From: Calditrichia bacterium
Lineage (GTDB): Bacteria > Calditrichota > Calditrichia > JAJRVZ01
Direction: 5' to 3'
Length of the DNA: 64,000 nt
NCBI GenBank assembly: GCA_963796965.1
Contig: CAWCNS010000011.1
Location: 752,262-816,261, forward strand
In this document: piece by piece, positions 20,316 through 31,262 of the stretch
Numbering within the stretch: position 1 is the first letter of the stretch
Layout: each line of letters opens with the position of its first letter
Made by a program: the position numbers and the translations under genes
The notes under the pieces: generated by a model
The model's input: only the letters and a program-made list of their open reading frames with translations
Told to the model about the DNA's origin: nothing
The model's database searches: none

Positions 20316-21080
20316 TTATTTCTCTTCCGTCGCGACTTTTTCTTCTGTCTTTTCTATTTTTTCGGCTTCCGCCTGTTTGTCCGCCTTTTGTTCCCTTAAT
20401 TTCTGGCTTCCATCAATCACGGCATCAGCCATAACCCGGCTAATGATACTGATACTTTTAGCAGCATCATCATTTGCTGGAATTGGGTAATCGACAATCG
20501 TAGGATCTGAGTTGGTGTCAACAATGGCAACAATCGGAATATTTAGTTTGCGGGCTTCTTTTACAGCAATTTGTTCTTTTTTTGTATCAACGATAAAAAT
20601 AATACCCGGAAGACGTTTCATTTCTTCAATACCATCGAGCACCTTTTTCATCTTTTCTTTTTCTCGTTCGATACTCAGAATTTCTTTTTTAGATATATTT
20701 TCATAAGTACCGTCCGTACTCATTTTATCCAGGTTCTTCATATGTTTAATAGATTTCCTGATCGTACCGAAATTTGTTAAGGTACCACCCAACCAGCGAT
20801 CAGTAATGTAGTAGTTATTACATCTTTTTGCTTCACCTTTAACGATCTCTTTCGCCTGTTTTTTGGTACCAACAAACAAAATATCTTCGCCGTCTTCAGC
20901 AATTTTTTTGATAGCGTCAAAAGCAGCATCGACTTTATTCTGCGTCTTTTTGAGATCAATAATGTGTATACCGTTGCGCTCCATGAAGATAAATTCTTTC
21001 ATTTTGGGATTCCAACGGCGTGTAAGGTGGCCAAAGTGGGACCCTGCAGCAAGCAGAGTTTCTAGATTTAGACGTGGCAT
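20316..21080 (-). CDS. rpsB: 30S ribosomal protein S2
   Basis: GSHFGH..RRWNPKM, RWLGGTLTN, IPANDD. Confidence 0.98.
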   Translation of the reverse strand: MPRLNLETLLAAGSHFGHLTRRWNPKMKEFIFMERNGIHIIDLKKTQNKVDAAFDAIKKIAEDGEDILFVGTKKQAKEIVKGEAKRCNNYYITDRWLGGTLTNFGTIRKSIKHMKNLDKMSTDGTYENISKKEILSIEREKEKMKKVLDGIEEMKRLPGIIFIVDTKKEQIAVKEARKLNIPIVAIVDTNSDPTIVDYPIPANDDAAKSISIISRVMADAVIDGSQKLREQKADKQAEAEKIEKTEEKVATEEK

Positions 21081-21094
21081 GACAACTCCTTAAT

Positions 21095-21175
21095 TTGGTT
21101 AATCCTCCATTGACATCAACTTTGTCCAGACTCGCCAATGACGAGACCACTGGTTCAAATCAGCCAATGTGTGTT
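21095..21175 (-). promoter_or_regulatory. Probable rpsB (S2) autoregulatory leader
   Basis: Minus strand reads CACACATTGGCTGATTTG...CAAAGTTGATGTCAATGGAGGATTAACC: a long stem bracketed by CACAC and TGGAGG..AACC, resembling known rpsB leaders. Confidence 0.55.
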
Positions 21176-21211
21176 TTTTGTTTGTTGCTAATTGCAAATA
21201 TAATACTATTA

Positions 21212-21277
21212 GTCAAACGTGAAAGGTGAAAAGTGAAACGTAATATGACGTTTGACCTTTCACATCTGACTTTTGAC
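21212..21277. repeat. Heptamer-period hairpin between rpsI and rpsB
   Basis: gtcaaac-gtgaaag-gtgaaaa-gtgaaac ... gtttgac-ctttcac-atctgac-ttttgac. Confidence 0.85.
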
Positions 21278-21283
21278 GAGTGA

Positions 21284-21670
21284 CTATCTTTTCGAGAACT
21301 GAAAACGTTTTCTGGCTTTTGCCAATCCGTATTTTTTCCGTTCTTTTTCGCGCGGATCACGTGTTACAAATCCACCACGACGAAGAACAGAGCGAAAATC
21401 TTCACTATAGTTCATTAGAGCACGGGCAATGCCTAAACGCACAGCACCAGCCTGCCCGCTAAGCCCACCACCGAGCACCGAAATATGAAAATCAAATTTT
21501 CCCGACATCTCGGTTTCTTCCAGCGGTTGTTCAATATCCATCTTTAATGTCTCGCGCCGGAAATAGCCAAGCAAATCTTTACCATTAACTTGAATTTTTC
21601 CATCACCTGGTTGCATACGCACACGGGCAATTGCATTTTTCCTCCGGCCCGTTCCGAGATAAACCTCCAT
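21284..21670 (-). CDS. rpsI: 30S ribosomal protein S9
   Basis: [33 protein letters not shown]; start ATG 21670 after AGGAG. Confidence 0.97.
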   Translation of the reverse strand: MEVYLGTGRRKNAIARVRMQPGDGKIQVNGKDLLGYFRRETLKMDIEQPLEETEMSGKFDFHISVLGGGLSGQAGAVRLGIARALMNYSEDFRSVLRRGGFVTRDPREKERKKYGLAKARKRFQFSKR

Positions 21671-21687
21671 TACTGCTCCTATTAGTT

Positions 21688-22121
21688 TTAAATTCCAGAA
21701 CTTCAGGCTGTTGCGCTGTATGTGGATGCTCTGAACCTGCATATACTTTTAGTTTCATGAACATCTTCCGACCCAATGCATTTTTGGGTAGCATTCGCTT
21801 TACGGCAAGTTCAACAACGCGCGCCGGATGTTTCTGAAGCATCTGCTGAAGAGAGGTAGCCTTTTGTCCACCCGGATATCCGGAATGCCGGTAATAGATT
21901 TTGTCTTTTAATTTATTACCTGTAACTTTGATCTTTTCAGCATTTACAACTACAATGAAATCACCCACGTCCTGATGCGGTGAATAAATTGGTTTATGCT
22001 TCCCTTTCAGGATTGATGCGATCTGGGTGGCCATTCGACCAAGAATCTGATCTTCTGCATCAATAATAAACCACTTTTTTGATTCCAGGACTTCTTTTTC
22101 CTTGGCAATATATGTTTTCAA
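21688..22121 (-). CDS. rplM: 50S ribosomal protein L13 (stop codon apparently lost by a 1-nt indel; end approximate)
   Basis: WFIIDA...LGRMA...GKHKP...[10 protein letters not shown]...[11 protein letters not shown] start 22121 after AGGAGG. The ORF as given reads 68 nt into rpsI. Confidence 0.93.
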
Positions 22122-22260
22122 CAAAAACCTCCTGAACAATAAAAATCGAGCCTTAAATTTAAAGTCTTATCATAGAGCAGTCAAGTAGAAGATAGATAAT
22201 TTTTGATATTTTACAGGTTATTTTAAAGAGAAGCATTTTTAGGGAAATGTGAATAGAGAT

Positions 22261-22353
22261 TTGGAATTAGTAAATAGTAATTTGTAATTGGAATTGGGGT
22301 CTGGGAATTCGGAATTCCTAATTCCCAGATCCCAATTCTAATTTTTCAATTAC
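22261..22353. repeat. Heptamer-like periodic hairpin between pyrC and rplM
   Basis: ggaatta-gtaaata-gtaattt-gtaattg-gaattggggtctgggaatt...aattcccagatcccaattc. Confidence 0.8.
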
Positions 22354-22383
22354 TACAATGACAGGTGTATCTCTGTTTTTTTA

Positions 22384-23718
22384 TTAACTTAGAGATGACG
22401 TCATAAATATCTTTCCATTATTTATGGCAGCCAAAGATCTGCCTTTTAATGGAAAATCAAGAAATGGGGAGTTATTTGATTTGGATAATGATACGGTATC
22501 CCTGAATTTCCATTTTTGGTTCAATGTCAACAAGGTAAGATTAGCAATGTTCCCCACTTTTATTTTTGGAACCTCAAGATTCAGAATTTGCCGCGGATTT
22601 CTGACACATTTTTCATATATATCCGCCAATGACAAGATTTTTTTATCATAGAGCTGAGAAATGATCAGGCCGGCAGCTGTTTCAAGACCCGTAATTCCAA
22701 AAGGTGCATAAATATATTCTGCTTCCTTTTCTTCTATTGAATGGGGGGCATGATCTGTCGCAATGACATCAATCGTACCATCTTTTAAACCATCCATAAG
22801 TGCTTGTCGATCTTCTGCACTGCGTAGAGGCGGGCTCATTTTAGTGTTTGTATCATAACTCTCAACAACCTGGTCAGTCAACGTAAAGTGATGAGGTGTT
22901 ACCTCGCAGGTGACATTAATTCCCTTCATTTTTGCCTGGCGTACTAAATCAACCCCACCCTTTGTACTAATATGGCAAACATGGAATTTACCCCCTGTAT
23001 ATTCTGCAAGCATGATATCACGGGCAATTAAGATTTCTTCAGAGACAGGGGGGATTCCCTCAATACCCAATTTTGTTGAGTAGAAACCCTCATGCATATG
23101 CCTGTTTTTGCTTAAGTTAGCATCCTCTTCATGCCCAAGAATCGGAATCCCGAACATCTTACTGTATTCCAAAGCACGGCGCATAAGTTCAGCATTCATT
23201 AATGGAGTTCCATCATCAGAAATGGCCACAGCGCCGGCATCTACCATTTCAGCAATGGGAGCCAACTGCTCTCCTTTTCGTCCTTTTGTAATAGCGGCAA
23301 CTGGATGAACATCAACTAATCCATTTTGAGTTTGCTCACAGATAAAATTAATAATTTCCTGTGAATCAATCGCCGGTTCTGTGTTAGGCATACAGGCGGC
23401 TCCTGTAAAGCCTCCGTTGGCGGCTGCATTACTTCCGGTGATTAATGTTTCTTCATCCTCCCGACCCGGTTCACGAAAATGCACATGCATATCAAACCAT
23501 CCTGGCATTACAAGACCTTCATCATGTTCAAGAATCTCACCTTCAAAATTTTGAGGTGGTTTATCAAGAATATCAGTAATCTTACCTTTCTGTATGATGA
23601 GGCTCTTCATGACATTCAGTTTTTCGGCCACATCAACTATATGCACATTTTTTAACATGAGCTTTCCAGGCAAAGATTTATCTAGGCTCATGGATGTCAT
23701 ATTTTTATTAAACATTGA
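22384..23718 (-). CDS. pyrC: Dihydroorotase (start uncertain)
   Basis: [30 protein letters not shown]; follows pyrB. Confidence 0.95.
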   Translation of the reverse strand, partial: SMFNKNMTSMSLDKSLPGKLMLKNVHIVDVAEKLNVMKSLIIQKGKITDILDKPPQNFEGEILEHDEGLVMPGWFDMHVHFREPGREDEETLITGSNAAANGGFTGAACMPNTEPAIDSQEIINFICEQTQNGLVDVHPVAAITKGRKGEQLAPIAEMVDAGAVAISDDGTPLMNAELMRRALEYSKMFGIPILGHEEDANLSKNRHMHEGFYSTKLGIEGIPPVSEEILIARDIMLAEYTGGKFHVCHISTKGGVDLVRQAKMKGINVTCEVTPHHFTLTDQVVESYDTNTKMSPPLRSAEDRQALMDGLKDGTIDVIATDHAPHSIEEKEAEYIYAPFGITGLETAAGLIISQLYDKKILSLADIYEKCVRNPRQILNLEVPKIKVGNIANLTLLTLNQKWKFRDTVSLSKSNNSPFLDFPLKGRSLAAINNGKIFMTSSLS

Positions 23719-24640
23719 CATTTTCCCCTCCGGATAATAAATATAGTACAGCCATTCGGATGGCGACACCATTGGTTACCTGATTTAATATGAGTGAGTG
23801 TTCGCTATCAGCCACATCAGAGGCAATTTCAACCCCCCTGTTTATTGGCCCCGGATGCATGATGGTTATCGGGTGAGATAAACGGTCAAGACGGTCTCTT
23901 GTGATACCAAAATAATTATGGTATTCCCGTAAACTGGGGAACAATCCACTATTTTGACGCTCCAATTGTATCCTCAGGACATTGATAACATCTACCCTCT
24001 CCAGAACCTCATCAACATGATAGCAAACGTCCACACCAAGGCTCTCAATCTCTCTTGGAATGAGTGTAGCCGGTCCACACAAGGTTACTTTCACTCCCAT
24101 TTTCAACAATCCATGTATATTAGAGAGGGCGACCCGGCTATGAGAAATATCCCCAATAATGGCAACTTTTAAACCGTCCAGGGTTTCATGTTTTTCTAAC
24201 AAAGTCATCATATCTAATAGAGCTTGAGTAGGATGCTCATGGGCGCCATCCCCAGCATTTATAATGTTGGCATCAAGATTTCTAGCCAAGAAATTTGGAG
24301 CACCGGGAGACTGGTGTCGAATGACGACCATGTCGATCTTCATGGCTTCAATATTTCTTGCTGTATCCAACAATGTTTCACCTTTCTTCACACTACTGGT
24401 TGATGAAGAAAAATTGACAGAATCGGCGGAAAGTCTTTTTTCAGCTAATTCAAATGAGATACGTGTACGCGTAGAAGATTCAAAAAACAGATTTACGACT
24501 GTCTTACCCTGCAGGGTAGGAACTTTTTTTATAGGACGTTCTAAAATCTCCCTGAAAGATTTTGCGGTATTAAGAATAAGTTCAATATCATTTTTATCAG
24601 TGTATTCCAACCCAAGTAAATGTCCATCTTTAAATGTCAT
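23708..24640 (-). CDS. pyrB: Aspartate carbamoyltransferase catalytic subunit
   Basis: [31 protein letters not shown]. Confidence 0.98.
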   Translation of the reverse strand: MTFKDGHLLGLEYTDKNDIELILNTAKSFREILERPIKKVPTLQGKTVVNLFFESSTRTRISFELAEKRLSADSVNFSSSTSSVKKGETLLDTARNIEAMKIDMVVIRHQSPGAPNFLARNLDANIINAGDGAHEHPTQALLDMMTLLEKHETLDGLKVAIIGDISHSRVALSNIHGLLKMGVKVTLCGPATLIPREIESLGVDVCYHVDEVLERVDVINVLRIQLERQNSGLFPSLREYHNYFGITRDRLDRLSHPITIMHPGPINRGVEIASDVADSEHSLILNQVTNGVAIRMAVLYLLSGGENVNV

Positions 24641-24642
24641 AT

Positions 24643-25200
24643 TTAATTGCCTCCAGAAACTTGTTCTACAAGATTGACACTATCCTCTTCATCAACTTCA
24701 GTTAGCTTTACCCGCACTTCTTCTCCAATTGATGTAGGTATGTTTTTCCCAACAAAATCCGCCTTAATCGGTAACTCCCGGTGTCCACGATCCACCAGAA
24801 CAGCCAAATCTATGCGGGCCGGACGGCCAAAATCCATAAGGGCATCAATTGCTGAGCGAACCGTTCGTCCCGTAAATAAAACATCATCAACAAGAACAAT
24901 GTTTATTTCATCCAATGGGAATGAAATATTTGTAACCTGAATCTCCGGTTGTTTAAGCCGTGTACGAAAATCATCACGGTAAAGCGTTGCGTCAAGAAAA
25001 CCTGTAGGTACCTCCTGGTTTTCAATATCAGCAATTTTACGTGAAATTCTCTCCGCTAAAAAAGCGCCACGTGTGTGGATGCCGATAATGGCCAATTTTG
25101 CTATTCCACGGTTTTTTTCAACTATTTCATGGGCTAACCGGGTTATTATCCGGCGCATGTCTTCGGACGTGACCAAATTTGCCTTTATACGGAACTCCAT
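24643..25200 (-). CDS. pyrR: Pyrimidine operon attenuation protein / uracil phosphoribosyltransferase
   Basis: [32 protein letters not shown]. Confidence 0.97.
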   Translation of the reverse strand: MEFRIKANLVTSEDMRRIITRLAHEIVEKNRGIAKLAIIGIHTRGAFLAERISRKIADIENQEVPTGFLDATLYRDDFRTRLKQPEIQVTNISFPLDEINIVLVDDVLFTGRTVRSAIDALMDFGRPARIDLAVLVDRGHRELPIKADFVGKNIPTSIGEEVRVKLTEVDEEDSVNLVEQVSGGN

Positions 25201-25225
25201 ATTTTATCTCCAATAATTTCTGATT

Positions 25226-25322
25226 AACCACAAAGTTCTCAAAGAAGGCACAGAGGTCACAAAGAAATACGTAAAATTAAAAACTTTGCCTACTTTGTGC
25301 CTTCTTTGTGTGCTTTGTGTTA
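25226..25322. repeat. Periodic CACAAAG/CTTTGTG inverted repeat
   Basis: cacaaag-tt-ctcaaag-aagg-cacagag-gt-cacaaag, and a mirror arm at 25284-25322. Confidence 0.85.
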
Positions 25323-25341
25323 AAAAATGCTTTTAATTAAG

Positions 25342-25379
25342 CAAAAAAAAAGCCAATAAGTACAAGACTCATTGGCTTT
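25342..25379 (-). terminator. Attenuator terminator in the pyrR leader
   Basis: Minus strand AAAGCCAATGAG-tcttgta-CTTATTGGCTTTTTTTTT. Confidence 0.85.
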
Positions 25380-25416
25380 ATCTATATACAACTCTATACT
25401 GTTTTACAATCATAAT

Positions 25417-25456
25417 ATCTTCCTTATCTGCCTCGCCGGGCAGAATTAAAGGTTAA
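25417..25456 (-). promoter_or_regulatory. PyrR-binding RNA loop (anti-antiterminator)
   Basis: Minus strand AACCTTTAATTCTGCCCGGCGAGGCAGATAAGG resembles the PyrR binding site pattern (CCUUUAA..NGYCC.GNGAGRC..AAGG). It lies upstream of the terminator and pyrR. Confidence 0.8.
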
Positions 25457-25879
25457 AAGCTATGGAAATATACAAATAAAATATATTCCCTACAAATCAT
25501 ATTAATCCCTAAGTAATAAATATTGCCTTGACTCTTTATTTTTATAGTGCTACATATTTTGGTCTAGGTTATGTAACCGGGAGAAAAAGATCATAAGGGT
25601 TTTTAGAAATTAAAAGTGTTTAAATATAAATTTTCACCCTGATATAGAATTAAAATGATTAATTGTTTTTCTTTTATGTTCTCAATGGTGAGGAGATCCT
25701 GCAGTTTGAGTTTATTAAAGCCTAGCAGATATTAAATTGATGCCATTGTTTTTTGTCGATGTTAAAAAAAAAATTAGAAAAAGAGTGAAATATTTGAATA
25801 TTATTCCTAAAACTTGCCTATATTTTTTCAAAATTGAGCCGAATAGATAAATATTCGCAAATATTAAACGAGTTGGAAA

Positions 25880-26284
25880 ATGACTGATTTGAATAATCTA
25901 AGTTTTGAAGCCCGTCTTGAATTGTATTTTGAACGCGCTGTCCAGGCATGGCTTTTACTCAAGGATGAAGCCGGACTTGTTGCCGCATTAGCAGCTGCAA
26001 AAACATTTAATTCGATTGACCGTCAAATTATTATAGCCGTTCTCGATAATCTGGCTGTGCAAGGTGAGGAAGAGGAGCCCGATCAAATGGTTATTGATTT
26101 CTTAAAAAGCATAGGGGATTTAAAAGAGATTATAACCTCCAAGGATTGGACGGTAGAGGATGGCGTGGCTGAAAGAGGTCGATTGAAAATGGTCAACCCT
26201 GAATACGAAGAAGCGCTTGTAAAGGGGGATCCGGATATTTTTGCCAGCAAATACCCGGAATATTTTAATTTGATTACGAGTTAA
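25880..26284 (+). CDS. Hypothetical acidic protein
   Basis: 134-aa ORF with plausible composition; no motif recognised. Confidence 0.65.
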   Translation: MTDLNNLSFEARLELYFERAVQAWLLLKDEAGLVAALAAAKTFNSIDRQIIIAVLDNLAVQGEEEEPDQMVIDFLKSIGDLKEIITSKDWTVEDGVAERGRLKMVNPEYEEALVKGDPDIFASKYPEYFNLITS

Positions 26285-26291
26285 TTTCCTG

Positions 26292-26365
26292 TGGGACAGA
26301 AGGGAGTTGAACCCCTGACCTCTACGATGTGAGCGTAGCGCTCTAACCAACTGAGCTACTGTCCC
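26292..26365 (-). tRNA. tRNA-Val (anticodon CAC), CCA not encoded
   Basis: GGGACAG-TAGCTCAGTTGGTTAGAGC-G-CTACG-CTCACAT-CGTAG-AGGTC-AGGGGTTCAACTCCCTT-CTGTCCC-A cloverleaf. Confidence 0.96.
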
Positions 26366-26581
26366 CTCTCCTGATAATATAATAATGATTCTGGCTCGAA
26401 CAATGAGTGAGCAATGGTCAGTGAACATCTATTATACGATTGGACAATTGTTGAGGATTTTGTGAAATAAACTTCGAAATCCGCCCACTGCCGGAAGTAC
26501 TGTCCGCACACTAATTGTCAATTACCAATTGAAAAGAATTAATGGACTTGAAAATTGATTATTCTATATTGAATATTGATT

Positions 26582-27394
26582 TTATAACTCTGCAATATGC
26601 TGCTGGGCACGGCTTACGTAATCACTATCGGGATATACATCCAACAGGCGTTGAAATTCTTCCCTGGCCTTATCACTCTCTCCAAGCCGCACATAACATA
26701 AACCCAATTTAAATTGTGCATCAGGATTTTTGTTTGATTTAGGGAAAGTAAACACCTTTTCAAAATCAATGACGGCGGCTCTATATTGGCCAAGGGCATA
26801 GTGCGATTCCCCGATCCAAAATTGGGCATTATCAGAGAGGCTATTGCTTGAACTGGAAGCAAGAAGTGCTTCGAATACTTCTATAGCGGCCTTGTAGTTT
26901 CTTGATTGGAATAAATTAAAACCATCCTGATAGCGCTGTTCATATTCACCGGCTGAAATATCACCTGAGACACCCGCATAAACGTTAACCGGGGTTGATT
27001 TTGCCGCTTCCAGTTGGCTGATCTGAATATTCTGATTCTTGACCTGCCGTTTGAGGTCAGCAATCAGGGCATCTTTCTGAGCCAACTGAGAGTCAAGTTC
27101 ATCCGTTTTCTTAGCGGGAGGGGGAGGAGGGATCATTTGGGTACCCTTCGATTGCCCTTTTACAGGTACATCTTCAGAACTGAGCAATCCCAGCGTATCT
27201 TCGTTCTTTGTACTTTTCTTTTTCTTGTCCTCAGCCGGCCGTTCAACACCAAGCAATGCCTCAATCTCATCTAATTCTTTTTGACGGGCATCATCCTGAC
27301 TCGTCGCATCGACGGAATCCTCATCAGGTGAACTACTTGCACATGAAGCAAGAAATAATGAACTCAAAATAAATATAAAAATTAATCTAAACAT
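26582..27394 (-). CDS. ybgF: Tol-Pal associated TPR lipoprotein (YbgF/CpoB-like)
   Basis: LASC lipobox, coiled coil, then TPRs with DNAQFWIGESHY and DAQFKLG, and YPDS. Confidence 0.8.
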   Translation of the reverse strand: MFRLIFIFILSSLFLASCASSSPDEDSVDATSQDDARQKELDEIEALLGVERPAEDKKKKSTKNEDTLGLLSSEDVPVKGQSKGTQMIPPPPPAKKTDELDSQLAQKDALIADLKRQVKNQNIQISQLEAAKSTPVNVYAGVSGDISAGEYEQRYQDGFNLFQSRNYKAAIEVFEALLASSSSNSLSDNAQFWIGESHYALGQYRAAVIDFEKVFTFPKSNKNPDAQFKLGLCYVRLGESDKAREEFQRLLDVYPDSDYVSRAQQHIAEL

Positions 27395-27534
27395 GGCACC
27401 TCCGTATTGAGGAGAAATTTGTTAAAAAATTTAGATATGTACACTCTATAAGTCAAGTAATTTCTGAATTTACGCATCTTTTTCACCTATCTATGCTTGA
27501 AAGATAAGATATCATTTACAGACGATTTAATCTT

Positions 27535-27666
27535 CTCTCGCAAAGATACCAAGTCGCAATGAACATGAATACAAAAAATAAAAAAGGAACAAACTCCTTA
27601 TTTATCGAATAAAGAATAAATTTTATTTTCTATTAAACTCCATTGCGTCTTTGCGACTTTGCGAGG
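27535..27666. repeat. Periodic CGCAAAG/CTTTGCG inverted repeat
   Basis: ctcgcaaagataccaagtcgcaatg ... cattgcgtctttgcgactttgcgag. Confidence 0.8.
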
Positions 27667-27694
27667 GAGTAGAGCTGATAAAGACACCACTTGT

Positions 27695-28900
27695 TTACTT
27701 TATATAATAGTTTCTGGAAATATTTAAAATGACGCCTATCATAATAAGATTGGCAACAAGGGATGATCCACCATAACTAAGAAAAGGTAATGGCAGCCCC
27801 GTTACCGGCGCCATCCCAATTGTCATTCCAATATTTATCACAGTATGAAAAAATATGACCGTTGTAATCCCAATGACGGTTAAACTTTCAAACTGTCCTC
27901 TAATATTAGAAGCAATGTGAATGAATCGAACAATGAGTAGAAAAACTACTATAAGAATCAATCCAGATCCTATAAAGCCAAACTCCTCACCAATGACAGA
28001 AAATATAAAATCCGTATGCTGAGCAGGCAAGAAACGAAGATGGGTTTGTGATCCTTTTAGATAACCCTTTCCCCATATACCTCCTGAACCAATGGCAACC
28101 TGTGATTGAATGATCTGGTACCCTGCGCCTTTTGGATCTTTCTCTGGGTTGACAAAAGTTAATATACGCTGTTGCTGATAGGGACGTAATTGACCCCATA
28201 AATTCGGCGTCGCAATCCCAACACCAATATTTAATAGAAAAACCGCCACCAACACAATCATTTTGCGTCGGGAAATATATAAAACTAATACAATTGACAA
28301 CATCAATACCATAAATGCCCAGAAATTGAACGAAAGTATCATGGTTAAAAATGGCGTAACGATTGTAAATATATTAAACCAGTTCAACCCTGCCCAGTAA
28401 AGCAATGGAATAATTAAAGCTAAAAATACCAGGGCTGTTCCCAAATCAGGTTGTCTGGCAATGAGCAGAAATGGTACCAAAATCAAAGCAATAGATATGG
28501 CAAAATATTTTATCTTATTGACATCTGCATACTTATCTGACAAAAATTTACTTACAGCCAGAATCGTGGCAAGTTTTGCAATCTCCGATGGTTGAATATG
28601 GATAGGACCGAGCGCAAGCCACCGTTCGGCACCCTGACCAACCCTGCCTATAAATAAAACTAATAATAACATCAGTAAAGAGATTGCATAAAGCCAATAG
28701 GCAAATCGATTGATAAATTTAATCGAGATAAAGCTCACAACCAACATGGTAATAATACCCACGCTACACCAGATCAACTGCCTCGTAAAATAGTCACTTT
28801 CCCCCGCATCAGATGAGTAAGTGGCGCTATAAATTGCAACACATCCAACTGCAATAAGAATAATAACTAATCCCAAAGATATAATGTCAAATTTTTGCAT
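27695..28900 (-). CDS. rodA: Rod shape-determining SEDS protein RodA
   Basis: QPSEIAK, QPDLGT, GYQIIQSQVAIGSGG, HTDFIF, PFLSYGGSS. Confidence 0.97.
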   Translation of the reverse strand: MQKFDIISLGLVIILIAVGCVAIYSATYSSDAGESDYFTRQLIWCSVGIITMLVVSFISIKFINRFAYWLYAISLLMLLLVLFIGRVGQGAERWLALGPIHIQPSEIAKLATILAVSKFLSDKYADVNKIKYFAISIALILVPFLLIARQPDLGTALVFLALIIPLLYWAGLNWFNIFTIVTPFLTMILSFNFWAFMVLMLSIVLVLYISRRKMIVLVAVFLLNIGVGIATPNLWGQLRPYQQQRILTFVNPEKDPKGAGYQIIQSQVAIGSGGIWGKGYLKGSQTHLRFLPAQHTDFIFSVIGEEFGFIGSGLILIVVFLLIVRFIHIASNIRGQFESLTVIGITTVIFFHTVINIGMTIGMAPVTGLPLPFLSYGGSSLVANLIMIGVILNISRNYYIK

Positions 28901-28908
28901 TTATCCTC

Positions 28909-30771
28909 TCAATGTGAGATACCAATTCGCAACCTGTCAAAATTCTCCAAATCCATTGGAATTACATTTTCCAGACTGTCGGAAACGGTTGTGTCTTTTT
29001 TAGCAACTACCCTTGGCAAGAGTCGATCATAAAAATATTTTTCCATGCATTTGCTTGCAATCGGAGCAGCCACGGCACCACCACCACCGCCATTTTCCAC
29101 GATAACTGCCATCGCTATAACCGGATCATCAAAGGGGGCGAAAGCGATAAACCATGCATGCGATTCGCCATGGGGATTTTGAGAGGTACCCGTCTTTCCC
29201 GCCACCTCAATGCCAGGAACACCGCCCCTCCAACCAGTTCCACCTGCCACAACTTTACGCATTGCATTTCTGACAAGATCATAAACATCCTCTGAAATAC
29301 CTTTAATATAATCCGTTTGCGTCGGAAAAAAATGACGTGTTCCATTTGCCTTGTTATAAAGGTAATTTCCGAGATGGGGACGATGCACCACCCCTCTGTT
29401 GGCAATAATCATGGCAAATTGAGCCATTTGAAGCGGTGTTGTTAGAAGTTCGCCCTGCCCAATGGCCAGATTGGCCAAATTTCCCCTGGTCCACCCATTT
29501 GGACCATATAGTTTTCAGATAATAATCAAGAGTAGGAACCAGTCCACGGCTTTCATTTGGCAGATCAATATTCGTTCTCTCCCCAAAAAGAAACATTTGG
29601 GAGTATTTTGACCATATATCTATTCCGATTTTCAGACCCAGTTGATAAAAGAATACATTGCACGAACCTTTTATCGCCTGATCTATATTGATTTTCCCAT
29701 GACCTTTCGCATTCCAGCAGTGGATGGTCTTACGACCCAACTGAAAATAACCGGGACAATAGGCCGTCCAGCGCGGGGTAATGATACCCTCCTGCAAGGC
29801 AGCAATCGCGGCAATAATTTTGTATGTGGAGCCGGGTGGATAAACACTCTGTATGGTTCGCGAATAAAGAGGATGCGCCGTATCTCCCTGCAATTTTGCC
29901 CACACTTCCGATGATATTCTTCCGGATAATAACCTTGGATCATAGTCAGGCTTGGAAACGAAACCTATAATTCGCCCGTTTCTCGTATCTAATGCAACAA
30001 TCGACCCGCGCTTATCAACCATTAAGGATTCTGCAAATTGTTGAAAGGAATAATCAAGAGTGAGATATAAATCCATGCCCCCAATAGATTCAATATTCCG
30101 GTCTGCACTAATGATACCCAAATCTCGTCCTTCCGCATCTACACGGGCAAAATAGACACCCTTTGTACCCCTTAAACTGGCATCATATTCTCTTTCCAGA
30201 CCTTTTTTTCCAATAAGCTCTCCTGGCCTCTAACTCTTTATTCCGTTGCGCTTCTTTTTTATCAACTTCACCAACATAACCAAAAATATGAGGAGAATTT
30301 ATACCATCCGGATAGTATCGTTTGCTTTCAACATCAACCAATACACCGGGAAGATCCAGACGCCGTTCCTCGAGTTCAGCAATAACCGGATATTTTAGGT
30401 CTTTTTTTATAAATACGGGACGAAATGTACGACGGCCGGATATTTTTTCACGGATATATGCAGGATCCTCAGAAATGATTCGTGCGAGCGTATCAATGGT
30501 ACTTTTTGTCAATTGACGGGGAATTACGGCCACAAAAAAGGAAGGGCGGTTATCTACTAAAATTTTACCTTTTGAATCGCGGATAGTACCACGCACCGGG
30601 TATTGGGTTAAGGGGCGAACACTATTATCCAGAGATATTTCATAATATTTATCGCCGCCGCGAACTTGTATTCTGAAAAATCCCGTCAGAAGTATTACTA
30701 ACATTAAGACGACGACCGAGCTCAAAACCAATTGCCGTGTTTTGCGCTGCTTGTCTGCTTAACTCATTCAT
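28909..30771 (-). CDS. mrdA: Penicillin-binding protein 2, split by about 3 frameshifts (~30745, ~30200, ~29510)
   Basis: Fragments carry PVRGTIRD, KRYYP, YPPGSTYK (SxxK), SCN (SxN) and GKTGT; lies between mreD and rodA. Confidence 0.93.
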
Positions 30772-30773
30772 AA

Positions 30774-31262
30774 TTAGACCTCTTCGAGGTTTGGCCTGAT
30801 AAAGAATGACAAGACAAGTCCAAGCACAAACGTATAGATGGTATTGGGAAAGACACGTGTTAGGAGAAGGTAGATAAACGTACTTTCTGACCTTAGTTGA
30901 TAAAAGAAATAAAAAATGCAGCCATGAATCAGGATAAGCAAAACTGTTGCCAGTATCCTTGCATTCACAGCCAATTTTAATTGTCTTACCTGTCCGGCAG
31001 AAAAACCAATGATACTCCCTGCAAGAGATGAGATCCCCAAGGGAAGTGGGCTGAGGGCATCTTGTAAAATACCTAAAACGAAACCGGCCAAAGCACCGGG
31101 AATCATCCCATAACGGTATCCAATATAAAGAATGGCTATCAACACCAAATCAGGCCTCCACACACCTATTTCTATAATAGGGACAAAGAACGCCTGAACC
31201 AGGATCGCCAGGAGGCCGATAAACAGAATGTAAATAATATTTGTATGACTATCAGATGCCAT
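30774..31262 (-). CDS. mreD: Rod shape-determining protein MreD
   Basis: PDLVL, GFVLGILQD; hydrophobic; position after mreC. Confidence 0.9.
   Translation of the reverse strand: MASDSHTNIIYILFIGLLAILVQAFFVPIIEIGVWRPDLVLIAILYIGYRYGMIPGALAGFVLGILQDALSPLPLGISSLAGSIIGFSAGQVRQLKLAVNARILATVLLILIHGCIFYFFYQLRSESTFIYLLLTRVFPNTIYTFVLGLVLSFFIRPNLEEV

Noticed and set aside
21603..21742. Extended rplM C-terminus (CNCPC) and extended rpsI N-terminus as a real overlap
   Set aside because: One extra T at GAATTT(T)AA restores a normal stop, and rpsI has its own AGGAG-ATG at 21670; probably an indel artefact.
26120..26428. 102-aa minus-strand ORF
   Set aside because: It reads through tRNA-Val and heptamer repeat DNA (FTDHCSL).
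28909..30771. mrdA as a pseudogene or programmed frameshift
   Set aside because: All catalytic motifs are intact, the gene is in a complete mre/rod operon, and similar indels are widespread nearby.
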